The translations under genes and the position numbers were made by a program. Shown here piece after piece: positions 1-10,660 of a stretch of DNA of 64,000 nt. The notes beneath the pieces were generated by a model, which made no database searches, was not told where the DNA came from, and saw only the letters and a program-made list of their open reading frames with translations. The DNA comes from Raillietiella orientalis (lineage: Eukaryota). Every line of letters begins with the position of its first letter. Positions within the stretch are counted from its first letter, which is position 1. The stretch is taken from contig JAYWIR010000030.1 of the NCBI GenBank assembly GCA_036172245.1, positions 558,001 to 622,000 of the forward strand, given 5' to 3'.

Positions 1-704
1 GCTCATCGCGGGGACCCGGACAAGGAGGTGCCGGAGCCGCAGCCGATGCCGGCTGTCGCGAAACTGACGAGATGGTGACTTCTTGAGTGCGTTTCCTTGT
101 CGGCAAAACACGTGCCAGAGCTCAGGGGCATCGGACAAGCGCTTTGCCGAAACACTCTCCGCTATCCCTTCGGGAGGGCTCCGGAACCCAAGTCTGTGGT
201 GGTGACGGCTCCAAACTCATCTCCCCCGCATCACCTCCAAAGAAAAAAAAAAAATGGAAGCGACAGCAGGAACTTTCAGCAAAGGCTTGCCAGATAGGGT
301 GCTTCGCTCACGAACGCGCAAGTCACGTGACACTTCCCTGCCTTCGTAGGTGTAGCTGCTGCTGTTGCTGCCCTTCTCGTCTGCGCACCGAAGGGTGCGG
401 TGGCCGTGGACACGAAAAAGGAAAGAAACAAAGAAACCCTTTCAGAAGGCGCCTGCCGTAGACATCTTCGCTCGCAGGAAAAATTCCCTCGAGGCATGGA
501 TGGTGTCAGAAGTGGCAACTGGCAGCAATGGTCGAGCGATTCGGAATAAAGGAAAGAAAAGTGAAAGTAACGAGAAAGGGGAAGTGAAGTGAACCAGGTA
601 ACGACTCGAACGCGAGCGGCCGTGTTAACCGGCACGGCGAGCCGGATTCCTGTGAGCTGCTCCCAGAGAAATGTGGTCTCGGAAACCGAGTCAGCTCGGT
701 TGCC

Positions 705-830
705 ATGACGCGAAAGCAGGCGCGCAAGTTCTTCATCTGCCGCCGGCATGGAGGGGAGGAGGGGCATCGGACGCAGGACTGCGAGCGGTCGGAGCGCCAG
801 CATTCAGCAGTGGAGAGGGCACGATCCGGA
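705..830 (+). mobile_element. decayed retroelement ORF1/gag zinc-knuckle fragment
   Basis: FFICRRHGGEEGHRTQDCER resembles a degenerate CX2CX4HX4C knuckle. Confidence 0.35.
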
Positions 831-1035
831 AAGGATGGGGTCGACTTCCCCCTCCCTTCCTCTACGGGGAAGAAGGAGGAGTTCTTTCTTCATGGTGTGA
901 GGCGACGCGATCAGCTGCTCTTGTTCTTCATCATCCTGACGTAGAAAGGGCGATCGTATCGGTGGGAAGGATGGACACGAGCCAAAGAAAGTTCCCGTAC
1001 CGCCCTCAGGAAAGAGCACGGAGCCACCGCTTGGC

Positions 1036-1560
1036 CCGCGTTGGCGGTCCCGTGGCTGGCGGTCTCCGCGCGCGTGGCACCGAGCGTCGCGGGTTCGAAT
1101 CCTCACGTGGAGGATTGACGTCAGAGAGAATGGGGGCGCGTCGTGGGTTTCGGGTTCTCCCCGCGCTGGTGGCCGGGAATTGACAACTGTTCCTCCGATG
1201 TCCTTCCATAAATCAAAGAGTCCTTCGGGGCTCACCCTCCGGTTGTGCAAACGGAGCCGTACCATGGCAACCAGCTCCATGGTACTCCATCTCGTACCAT
1301 GGAACTGACGGATCAATACCTCCGCAGAACTTCAAGAAGCGCGCTGCTCCCTTCGGGGAGAGACCCTTCAGAGAAATTGGGAAGCGTCCCTACGGAGTTC
1401 TCTTCAAAAGAGAGGCTCCCTCCGGGTAGTCCCTCTGGAGAGAACAAGGAAGAGGTGGTTTCCTTCGGGGTTCCAAGCGTAAGAGGGACGGACTCTTTCC
1501 TCCGAAACCTCTCTGGATTCACAGGGTGGTCTCCTCCTGGGGTACCCCTAACTTGAAGAG
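1036..1560 (+). mobile_element. tRNA-headed, UNCG-hairpin-rich SINE-like element, copy 1
   Basis: A-box-like TGGCTGGCGG (~1053) and B box GGTTCGAATCC (1092-1102). Hairpins GAGTCC-TTCG-GGGCTC (1218-1233) and CTCCC-TTCG-GGGAG (1347-1360). The 3' motif CTGGATTCACAGGGTGG...CCCCTAACTTGAAGA is shared with the other copies. Confidence 0.7.
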
Positions 1561-4500
1561 ACGGAAAGAAGAACTCCGTCCGATAAATCGACACTCCGGT
1601 TGCTTGGAGACGATCCTTGGCGTCCAAGAGATGTGCACTTCTGAGCAACGAGAGCGGACGGCACTGCTTGCTGTTCGATGTCATCGCAGGACGCGCTGCG
1701 CGGAGGTCGAAGGCGAGCTGCGTCAAGAAGGGCGGGGTAAGCGCGCCCGCCACCCGAGAAGCTGTGGCGTGGAAGCTGAACGGCAGGAGCGGCGGTGAAC
1801 ACCTCCCCCCTCGCGGCCTCCCACCAAAACCGCGCATCCATCTCCGAGGCGCTTGCTGACCTCCCGCGTCACGGGAGGGTGGTCAGCAGGCGCCTCGTAG
1901 TCGCGCCACAGGACGGAACAGACCGCGGAATTCTCCCCATTGCTGGACCGCTCGCCCGCTCGGGACCGAGTCATTCCTTCCTCCGCTTTGGCCCTTCCAG
2001 GGCTCTCAGGAGGTCGACGGTCACACTGACCTCTCCCAGACCGCGTCCAGGTCTTCCGGGGAAGCGGGCTCGGCTCTAAGCTGCGAGCACCCGCACTTCT
2101 GGGAAGCTCTCCAAGCCGACCCGGAGGCGGACGATCGCGGAAGCAGGAGAGGGCGGGACAGGGTCAGCGGATGCTGCACGCTGGGGTTCGTCCCGCCTCT
2201 CTGGCCTCAGCCTGAGGGCGGAGAGGGAGCGCAGGGGGACGCTGAGGTCACCAGCGGCGTCGAACGGCCGCGTCCTCCCGTTGTCAGGACATCTCCTCTA
2301 CGCCGCGAGGAACGGGGAGGGGAGAAAGGAAGAGGGGCCCGCTGACCAAGGCGATGCGACCTCCGGAAAGGGAAATCCTCGAGGGTAGGCCTGTCCATCA
2401 AAGCGGCTCAGCCTCGCACTCTGAGTGACCCGGGACACCTCCACCTCCATCCGCTGCTCACAAGGCGCGAAAGTCTCCTGAGTCGTACCGGAGTTCAGCG
2501 TCCGGATCTCGCGTCTTTCGGATGCGAGCTGCGGGATCACCCTCTCCGGCACCTACTTTTTGTAGGGCCGACAGCGGACTGTTTCCTTTGGAGTCCGGCG
2601 TCACTTGGGAAACCGGATGAAGCCTGCGTTGGGTGAGGTAGGGGTTGCTCACGGAAGAGGGGAACCGCAGGCAGTGGTCCGCCGCGACTCCACCCCCCTC
2701 TCGGGACATGCCCCGCACTCGTGGACCGCCTTTCTCCGCGTCCTCTCGACGGCCGCCTTCTCGCTCGTCAACCCGCGCGGAGTCGCGTTGCCAGGCTTGC
2801 ACTCAGGGTCGGACGTAGGGGACGTGCTTGGGACTGCTTCGGGCGGGAGCTCTGCGCTCCCTGGGGGAGTTTCCTCTTCCGGATGTTTCCGATTACTCCG
2901 GAGAGCTGGGTCTCCTTCGGAACCCGTCGCAGACCTCCTATGTCCTTCTTCCTGGGGTCGTTCGACTGGATCCTTTCCCTCCCCTTCCCTCCTCGTCGCG
3001 GAATGGTCCGGATGATTCGGGAAGCGCCGGTGTTTTTTTTTCCTCCTGCTTCTCCTCCCTGTTTTCACTCTTCATCGCCACCAGCCAACCAGATGAAGTG
3101 GACCTCAGCTCTCCCGCCGGCGCCGGCCACTGCCTCTTCGGCCTGGGCTCCAGGAAAGACCAGCGGGCTCTGAGCGAGAGAAGCACCAAGGGGAGAGGAG
3201 GAAGCGACCAGGTCCATTCCTCCCTTTCGCCTGCTGAGTGCGGCTCTGGGGAAGGTTGGTAGGAAGCGGGGGCAGGGGGATCGGCGTATATGCTCTGTTC
3301 CCCCCCCCCCTCCCAGCTGCAGTGGCGTGAGGAAAGGCATCGCTTCCCCTTTCCCTCCCTCCCGAGGAAGAGGGAGGGATGAGGGGGCTTCGCGGTCCCT
3401 TGTGGCCGACTGGGCGGCTTCGCACACGCGCACTCGCCGCCTCGGAGACCTCGCGCCGCTCTGTCGTCCGGCTTGCGCACGCGCACGCACGCTCTCTCTT
3501 CAGCCGCGGCTCGGAGCCGCGAAAACGATGACGGCGACAAGCGCCTGCCTCGGAGGGGGCGCGCGCCTCCTTGCCCGCGCGCGGCGCTTGGGGAGGAGGA
3601 GGAGGAAGAAAGGGGGGGGGTCCCCTGCTCCCCTTCGCCACTTCCGCCTGCGAGTCGCGCTCTTGCCTGACCGAGCCTCCTCCGAGGCGTCGCTGACCTA
3701 TAGCCGACGGCGAGCGTCGTGACGGAGGAGCGCTCGGTCCACGAGAGCTCCTCTCCCACCTTCCTCTTCTCCTTTGTGTTCTGCCTCGATGGCGTCCGCC
3801 GCTGCGCCTTCACGCGGGAGCCGCCTCCCTTCGCGCTGTCACAGTTTCGCTCGTGACTCCGGAGGGTGAGAGCGGGTGCACACGTGCCCCGCCCTCGGGA
3901 AAGAGCCGGGAGGGAAAGGAGAGAAGAGCAGGAGGACGTCGATCGCGCGCCCTTCCTCCCCTCCTCCGGAAGTGGAAGCTCCTATGACAGCGGTCCTTTC
4001 GTCCCTCCCTCATGGAGGGACGCGGGAAGGAATCCCCGGCTAGCGCGCGCGCGCCCCTATTCCTTCTCCCCGTCTCCCGGAGAGGCAGCGGGCTCCGCGC
4101 GCTCTGAGGAACGCCTCAGGGCCCAAACGACCCCAACGGACTGCACTTTCACGCGCGCGCGAGTAGCAGCAGCAGCAGCCGGGGCTCGGACATCGGCGGC
4201 TCCTCGCGTGACGCTTGCCCCGCGGGCTGTCCGCGTCCCGAGCCCTTCCCCGTCGGCCCCTCCTCCTGCGCGCCGCGCTGCTGCTGCCCCGCGCGCAGAG
4301 GGCTGCGACCAGCGACCGGCGGCAACGGTCCAAAAGAGGCCCTAGTCCACCGAAGCAAACGTTCTCTCCCCGGGCTCGACAATCCGCTCGCTCTCCCAAA
4401 GCTTCTTCCCAGTGCCGCTGGGTCGCGCCTTCCACCGATCCCTCCGCCGCAGGGCGCAGGGGCGCGCGTGCCTCGAGACCACCTTCCGTTCCTCCTGTTC

Positions 4501-4871
4501 CGGCGTCCTCCTTTCCGAGAGGGTCGCCCCGCGGAGTCGACGGTGACCATGGCGACCAACGCGGTCGCGAGAGAGAACGGAGCGCTCGCCCCAGCTCACC
4601 GAGGAGCCCGGGAAGGGCGGGTCATGGGGACCACCGGGGTCACCTCTTCCGAGAGAGCCCCCAACTCGCCTCTCAGGGGGCTTGCCTTAAGCAGCCCTCC
4701 AGGAAGTCCTCCTCACCAGCTCCCGCAAAGGTCATCCCTCCGGAAGCGCTGACCACCGATGCACCATCTTTGTTTTTCAGTTTGAATTGCTGGCGCGCGC
4801 CGTCGGCTGAGCCACTTTGCGTCTGCCTTGAGGGCTAAGTTTCTTCCAGGGATGCTCCTACCTCTTTCTCG

Positions 4872-4916
4872 GCCGTCCAAGATGGCGGAGGCTTCTCCGC
4901 CGCCATCTTGGAAGGC
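4872..4916. promoter_or_regulatory. inverted pair of YY1/Pho-type motifs forming a 17-bp inverted repeat
   Basis: GCCGTCCAAGATGGCGG-N11-CCGCCATCTTGGAAGGC (16/17 complementary); each arm contains CAAGATGGCGG. Confidence 0.5.
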
Positions 4917-7635
4917 GGACCTGCTGCTTCTCTCTCCCTGATCGGGGAGCCGGCTGCTCGGCCGCGGAGAAGCAGCTGCTGCTGCGCGTCGCCCCGCGAC
5001 ACCCAAAGATGGCAGGGAGAGGGATGCGCCCTGGCATCGGACCATCCGTCCCTTGGGAGTCCGGCAGCCGCAAGACGCACCTCCGTGACCCGTGGCGAGC
5101 CGCTTAGAATCGCACGCTGCCTCCGTGGCAGTCCTCAGGGAGGAAGGGCGTTCCCGTCGGACAGCGGGAGCAACGGTAAGACCTCGACCTCCGGCCTGCA
5201 AGACGCGGAAAAAGACAACTCCAAGGTTTTCATCGTCCCCCTCGTCCCTGTTCTCCCGGAGGCGGAGCCGAGGACCAGTGCTGACCCTGCCCGTATCCCA
5301 ATTCTTCGTACCTCCCATCCCCGCGCTTCCGTCCGGTGACCTGTTCCTTCCTCCCTAACTCCCTCTCCTTCCCCATCCTGGATTGATGATTCTCGCAGCT
5401 CTCTGGATTCCTCCGGGCATTGAGAGGGACGGAACCCAGCGGCCCATCCTCCTGGAAGGCGCCTTGCAATCCGACGAACGCGACTCCGCGGAGGGCCGCT
5501 CCCCTTTCTGTCTCCACGTGCCTGCCCACCGAGCGGACGAAAAGACGCCGAGCTCCGGAAGGCGGCATCAACGCCAGCTCGCAAGTCTGTCGTCCTGATC
5601 GGGGAACCCAGGCGCCCGTCGGTGGCGCGGAGGTCACAGCGACGTCGCCCTGCCAGCAGGTAGCGCTCCCACAAGGACGAGGCGAGGGAGGAGAAAAAAT
5701 AAGTGGGTGAGGAGACTGTTGACCCTTGTTAGGAGGATAGGACGTGAGTCCGAAAGTCACAGCTCCGTGCTTCCTCAGGGAGAAAGAAGGGAATGAGGTG
5801 GGGAAGATCGGTACTTGATGAATACTAGGGAAGTCTTCCTTTTTTCTTCGGTGGAGACAACTCCTTGGCTCACCGAACGCTTCCCACAGACCTAGGGTCA
5901 ACAGGCATCGATCTCGAGCAGTGGCTCGGTGATGGCCGCTTGCCGCACGGACTGCTCACGGACCCTCCTGGGTGTTTGTTTTACGAGACCTCCCCTTCCG
6001 CTCCGTGATAGTGAGCCATCCCTGCAGCTCCAGAAGCCTGCCGACTGCCAGTACGTCGGATGGGGCGCTCTTGCCGGCTACGATCTCAACTATATCCGAC
6101 GTCTTGAGCAAGGCAAGAGCTAGCCGCCCTCCCGGAAGGAAAGCGGAAGCAGCACTCCTTGATGCTCCAGCGAACAGATGGCAGGCCAATCGCGAGAGCG
6201 GTGTGCACAGCAGTCCTCTTTGCGGAGGCAAAAATGATAAGCGGAAGGAAAGGGAAATCCACTTCCCTAGTGGTATGCGTGTGCATGCGTGCATGTATTT
6301 AGGCGGAGGGAGGGTGAGAGGAGGGGGTGAGAAGGAGGGTGAGATATTGCACTTGATCAGACTTTCTGGGGTGGGGGTGGTCGGCACGGAGACGGAACCA
6401 TCCCGCCGGGAAGTTTGAGTGGCGTGACCACCCCATTCCACCCGAACTATAGCCCTACAGCTACGTTTGTTCGACATCGGTGGATTTCGACCAACCTCTT
6501 GCGTGGGAACGGGGTGACTCTTCCCATCCTGGAAACGATTCTTTTTGTAGAATGTGTACCTCCCGCAACTCCCTTCTTCGCTTTCCTTTTCGTTGAGAAG
6601 CGTTCTCCATGAGCAACAATCTACAGATGCAAAAAGGTCATTCCAGCTGATTCTCCTCCTCCTTCTCCCATCCTTCCCCTCCTTTCCATATTTCTTTCTC
6701 TTCCTCGTCACAGGGACTCCTGAAAGGCGGCGGTCTTTGCTGAGGCTCGCGCGTCCACCGGTCAGCAACACGGAACGCACCATGGTCTTCGCGCACTCTC
6801 TTCCCCACGCGCGCCGCGTCCGGAACATGCTGGGAATTGGGAGGTCAGAGAGAATCCACCTCCATCTTCGCCACCACCTCTCTCCTTGTCAGGGAGCTCC
6901 AGGTGTCTCTGAACATCGCCTACGGAGGCGGCCACCGAGTGCCTCAGTCCTTCCTCTTCAGGACGGGACGATTCGCTTTCTGAGACCACCATTATCGGAT
7001 CGCAAGAAGCTCCTCGTCAAAGAAACGACTTCCTCAAAGGAGCGGCGGAGAGAAGATCGCTCCTCGTTGCTAGGCAGGGCGAGCTGGCGAATCAAAGCCC
7101 TTCTTCGTGGTCCTCCTCGGGAACAAGACTCACGACAAACTTCTCCTGCCAGTGCCATCCTGGAGGGTGCTCCTGCGTAGACCGAGGAACTCAGTGAAAG
7201 GCGCTGACTTCGTCTCTGTCTCTCTCGAGCATCTTCCTCAACTGGGAAGCAGCAGCCTCTCTGTCTCTCTGGACAGGAAACAAACCACCGATAACAAAGG
7301 AGCCACTGACATGACCGCAGTCGGAGGGTCTGAGCACGGGAGGGTATGTGCTCCTGGAAGTGTCCGCGAAAAAGGAGCGGGTGCCTCTCCCCCATACAAT
7401 TCGTGGTCTCTGGTGGACGCTTCTAGCTCTCCCTGGACAATGGGCGCTGCTCTTTTCTTCCTCCGTTCCTTTCTGTTCCTCGCTAGAAGATCCAGCAGGT
7501 GTCTTCAGAAGCGATCGAGAAAGCTTCTTGGGTCGCAGCTCTCTCCTCCATCTTCGGTACCAGCTGTGTCCCCCGACGTTGGAATAGATGCCCTCTGTCT
7601 TGGCCAGCATAAAGGGAAAGACAACACCTAGAGCC

Positions 7636-8217
7636 ACTCTCCAAGATAGGGGATACCCCGAGAGGGGACCACCCTAAGAATCCAGGAAAGGCTCCGGAGA
7701 AGGGAGTGCGTTCCTCCCACGCCTGGGGAAGGATCCCGAAGGGAATCTCCTTCCTTATTGTCTCCGGAGGACCCCTGGAGGGGTCCGCTCCATTTTTGTT
7801 CTCCGAAGGGAACCCCGAAGGAATGCTTCCGAAGGGAGCAAATTTCTCAGAAAGGTGCTCCCCGAAGGGAGAGGCGCGCTTCTCTTCACTCTGGAGAGGT
7901 ACTACACAACTCCATGGGACCAGACCGAGGTTTCCCCTCGAAAAAGGGGTCCACTCCTTTGACAACCGGAAGGAAATTCCTACTCCTTGATTCCTGAGAG
8001 AAACCAGAGGTGGATTCCCAATCCCAGCCACCCATGGGAGACATCCAGTTTAAATCGCTACCGGCGCCGCACCGAATGCAGGCCAACCAGCGTCCTCTTG
8101 GGGGAGGAATTCGAACCCACGACTCCATCTCTCGGCATCGGTTCTTGCCGAGCGTTTGAACCCGCAACGCTTGGTGGCGCCGCGCGCGGAGATCGCAGCC
8201 ACACAGCCTCCGACGCG
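7636..8217 (-). mobile_element. tRNA-headed, UNCG-hairpin-rich SINE-like element, copy 2
   Basis: The reverse complement begins CGCGTCGGAGGCTGTGTGGCT...GCGGGTTCAAAC...GTGGGTTCGAATTCC and ends CCTGGATTCTTAGGGTGGTCCCC...CCCCTATCTTGGAGA. Five CCGAAGG (= CCTTCGG) motifs lie within 7735-7870. Confidence 0.7.
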
Positions 8218-8399
8218 AGCTCGGACGAACACTGGGGCAAACTAAAAGAGTTGACAGGATTCCCCTAGCAAGTGTATTCTGCTCGTTTTTACTCCTCCTC
8301 CTCTGCTGTCATCATCGTCGCCGTCATCGACACCATCTTAGTCGCTCCACCATCATTGCAGTCGTCAGTCATCGTTATGGGCATCATCAGCCGCTTCGC

Positions 8400-9420
8400 C
8401 ATCACCAGCTACGCGTAAGACTCTGTGAAGCTGCAACTGCCCCCTCGCGCTCGGTCGTCCCTGACCTGAAGGGGCCGGAGGTAGCACGGAATAGAGAAGA
8501 GCGCCGGAGACGAGGTGCTTCGGGCAGAGACGCAGGGTCGGCTGGGGGCAATCGAGAAGAGGGATGCCGGGGAGCAGCTCCAGCAGCTCTTCCACAGGCT
8601 GAGCGCCACTCGAAGGGCAAATCGTGGAGGCGGTAGGTTCGGTGGCCGCTGACCTCCTCAGTATCCTCAGAAAGATAGGGAGAGGTCAGGAAGCTGCTCT
8701 CTCAAGCCACCGCTTGCTCCTCGGGGCAGGTAAACGCAGAAAAGAGGCCGAGACCCCCCAGGAGGCGATCCTCTTTCCCTCTTCTTCTTTTCTTCTGGAA
8801 GGTACGCCTTCGTAGCTCGCGAAGACAGTGGAGTACTCTCCAGGGACTCATCCAAAGGAGCGGAAGACTCGAGCATGACGCGACCTCGACCTCGACCCAT
8901 CCTCAAGCTCCAGGTTGATGATGCGTCCCACTTGCCGATCATCGTTATCAATCGTGGTAACCATCACCAAGTATCATCATTATTATTGACAAAAAAGAAA
9001 AAACAACACCACCATCCTGATCATGAGCCATCATCTCCATCACCATCATCTCGATACAGCTCGCTCTCGTAGGGGCTGGAGAGAAAAGGGAAGTCTTGTC
9101 CGACGGAGCAAGCGACAGGTGAATGACTCGATGCGACCTCGACCTCGATCCCTCCTCAAGTTCCAGGCAGGCGCTGCGCGCTGCTTGCCGAAGATCGGAC
9201 TGTCCACAGGCGCTCCCTAGGGGACCTATTTGGGCAGGCGGTGCGGACGCCCGAATAGACCCGCCTGGGTCCACCGCGGACAGTGGTGGGTGGCGGCCGC
9301 CGCAGGGGCTCTGGAGGGGTCCTGGAGGCCTGTCGCGGAAGGGGATTCCGTCCGGGGCGTGGTGCAGTCGATGTCTTTGGCCCTCCTTGTGGGCGTAGGC
9401 GGCGAATCCTAGCACGAGGA
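8400..9420 (-). mobile_element. decayed L1/Tx1-type LINE, APE endonuclease fragments
   Basis: SDLRQAARSACLELEEGSRSRSHRVIHLSLAPSDKTSLF resembles the D..GR...L....R.I..YAP....FF segment; a downstream SGH...SLWKS (across frames) resembles SDH...WKLN. 8940-9375 is homologous to 46619-47032. Confidence 0.55.
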
Positions 9421-10039
9421 GGGAGGCACTGCCTCTGCATGGAGGTCCCAGCGGTCGTGGGGATTCTCAAGGGACGCCGACGGGAACCGGTCGTCACAGC
9501 CTCGCTCTCTGAAGAGGTCTCCTGTCCAGTAGAGCTCGCTGGAGGCGAACGACGAGCTCTGGACCAAAACGCGAGTGCGGCCACTGCAAGGGGATGCCAC
9601 GCCCCAGGAGCAGATATCAGCGTAATCTCCCAACCCATGCCTGGGATCCGCCGGTGCAGCTGCATGTTCTCCGTTCTTTCCACTCGCCGACTCTGTTCGT
9701 TTTTTTTGTCCATTTTTTTTTTGTCTTTCTGAGACAGCATCCTTCCTGGGTCACTCGTGCCGGAAGTTCCTGAAGAGTTTTCTAACAGATTTTTACAACG
9801 GGTGTCGTCTTGGAACAGAGGTGCAGATTTGTGGATGGCAGGAACGCGCGCTGGGAGATTCCATGTTCTTTCACTTCATCTATCAACGGCCATCATTCAC
9901 TAGAGCTGGCAAGGGATGCCACTGAGAGATGCCAGTGGGATGTTTCATGGAAGAAACCCATAGGCCAAAAATGTGTCCCTGGCAAACAGGCGGGAATTCC
10001 GCAATCGGAACCTGTGACGCTGGTGGCCGTGCGGCGTCC

Positions 10040-10660
10040 TTTAGCAGTACCAACCAAGCGTCGCGTGGCGAAAGAGAGTCCCTCCAGTCCTGCTCTTGGA
10101 TTGTGTGGCCCTCCGCTTCCTGCGGGAACGCTTTGCCGCGTCCCTGCGGATCTCCGAGGGCAATCCCAGAGCCGTTTTGAAGCGCCGCTTCCTCCGTGAC
10201 GCCTTCACGCCGGCTGCATCCCTAGCAGCACTCTGTTGCCTACACGGCGGGACAATGAGCGGCCATGAAGCAACGTAACAGGAAGCCAAGAAGAAAGGGA
10301 CGTCATCTATTTTGCTGTCCTCTTCATGAGGACAGCATCAAGATGATATCATCTGGGAGTTTTGAAACAAACTTTACTGCATCCGGAAAAGGATGCAGAG
10401 GAGTCCCTACAGCATCCGATGATTCCTCCTCGAATCCCCCCAATTTTTTGTAGATATTTTTTGTTTCTTTTTTCTTTTTTGTTGTTTCCCCTTCCCCTCT
10501 GCTGCCGAGGCGAACCTTGTCGGCCTACGTGCCGGTACTCGGCAGGTTCCCATGGTTATATTTGTAACGTGGTAGGACCAAGCGTCCTGCCACTGACTTG
10601 TGTGCTTATTGTATATAAATAAACTCCCAGGCGCATCCAAGTTAAAACCAAGCGTCGCGG
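10040..10660 (+). mobile_element. 3' end of an L1/Tx1-type LINE (zf-RVT remnant plus conserved 3'UTR)
   Basis: LLDCVALRFLRERFAASLRISEGNPRAVLKRRFLRDAFTPAASLAALCC, then a T-rich tract, CTGCTGCCGAGGCGAACC and AATAAAC. Homologous to the copies at 37.5-37.9, 45.0-45.7 and 50.0-50.6 kb. Confidence 0.7.

Noticed and set aside
1045..1110. Possible tRNA gene (GGTTCGAATCC)
   Set aside because: No complete cloverleaf or acceptor stem; it is the head of a longer dispersed repeat.
2938..5901. Long overlapping ORFs (130-290 aa) on both strands in the GC-rich region
   Set aside because: Arg/Pro/Ala/Gly-rich, no domain recognised, and expected by chance at very high GC.
7625..7680. Helitron-like 3' end (hairpin then CTAG) for the UNCG element
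   Set aside because: CTAG follows the hairpin in only one copy and is not followed by T.
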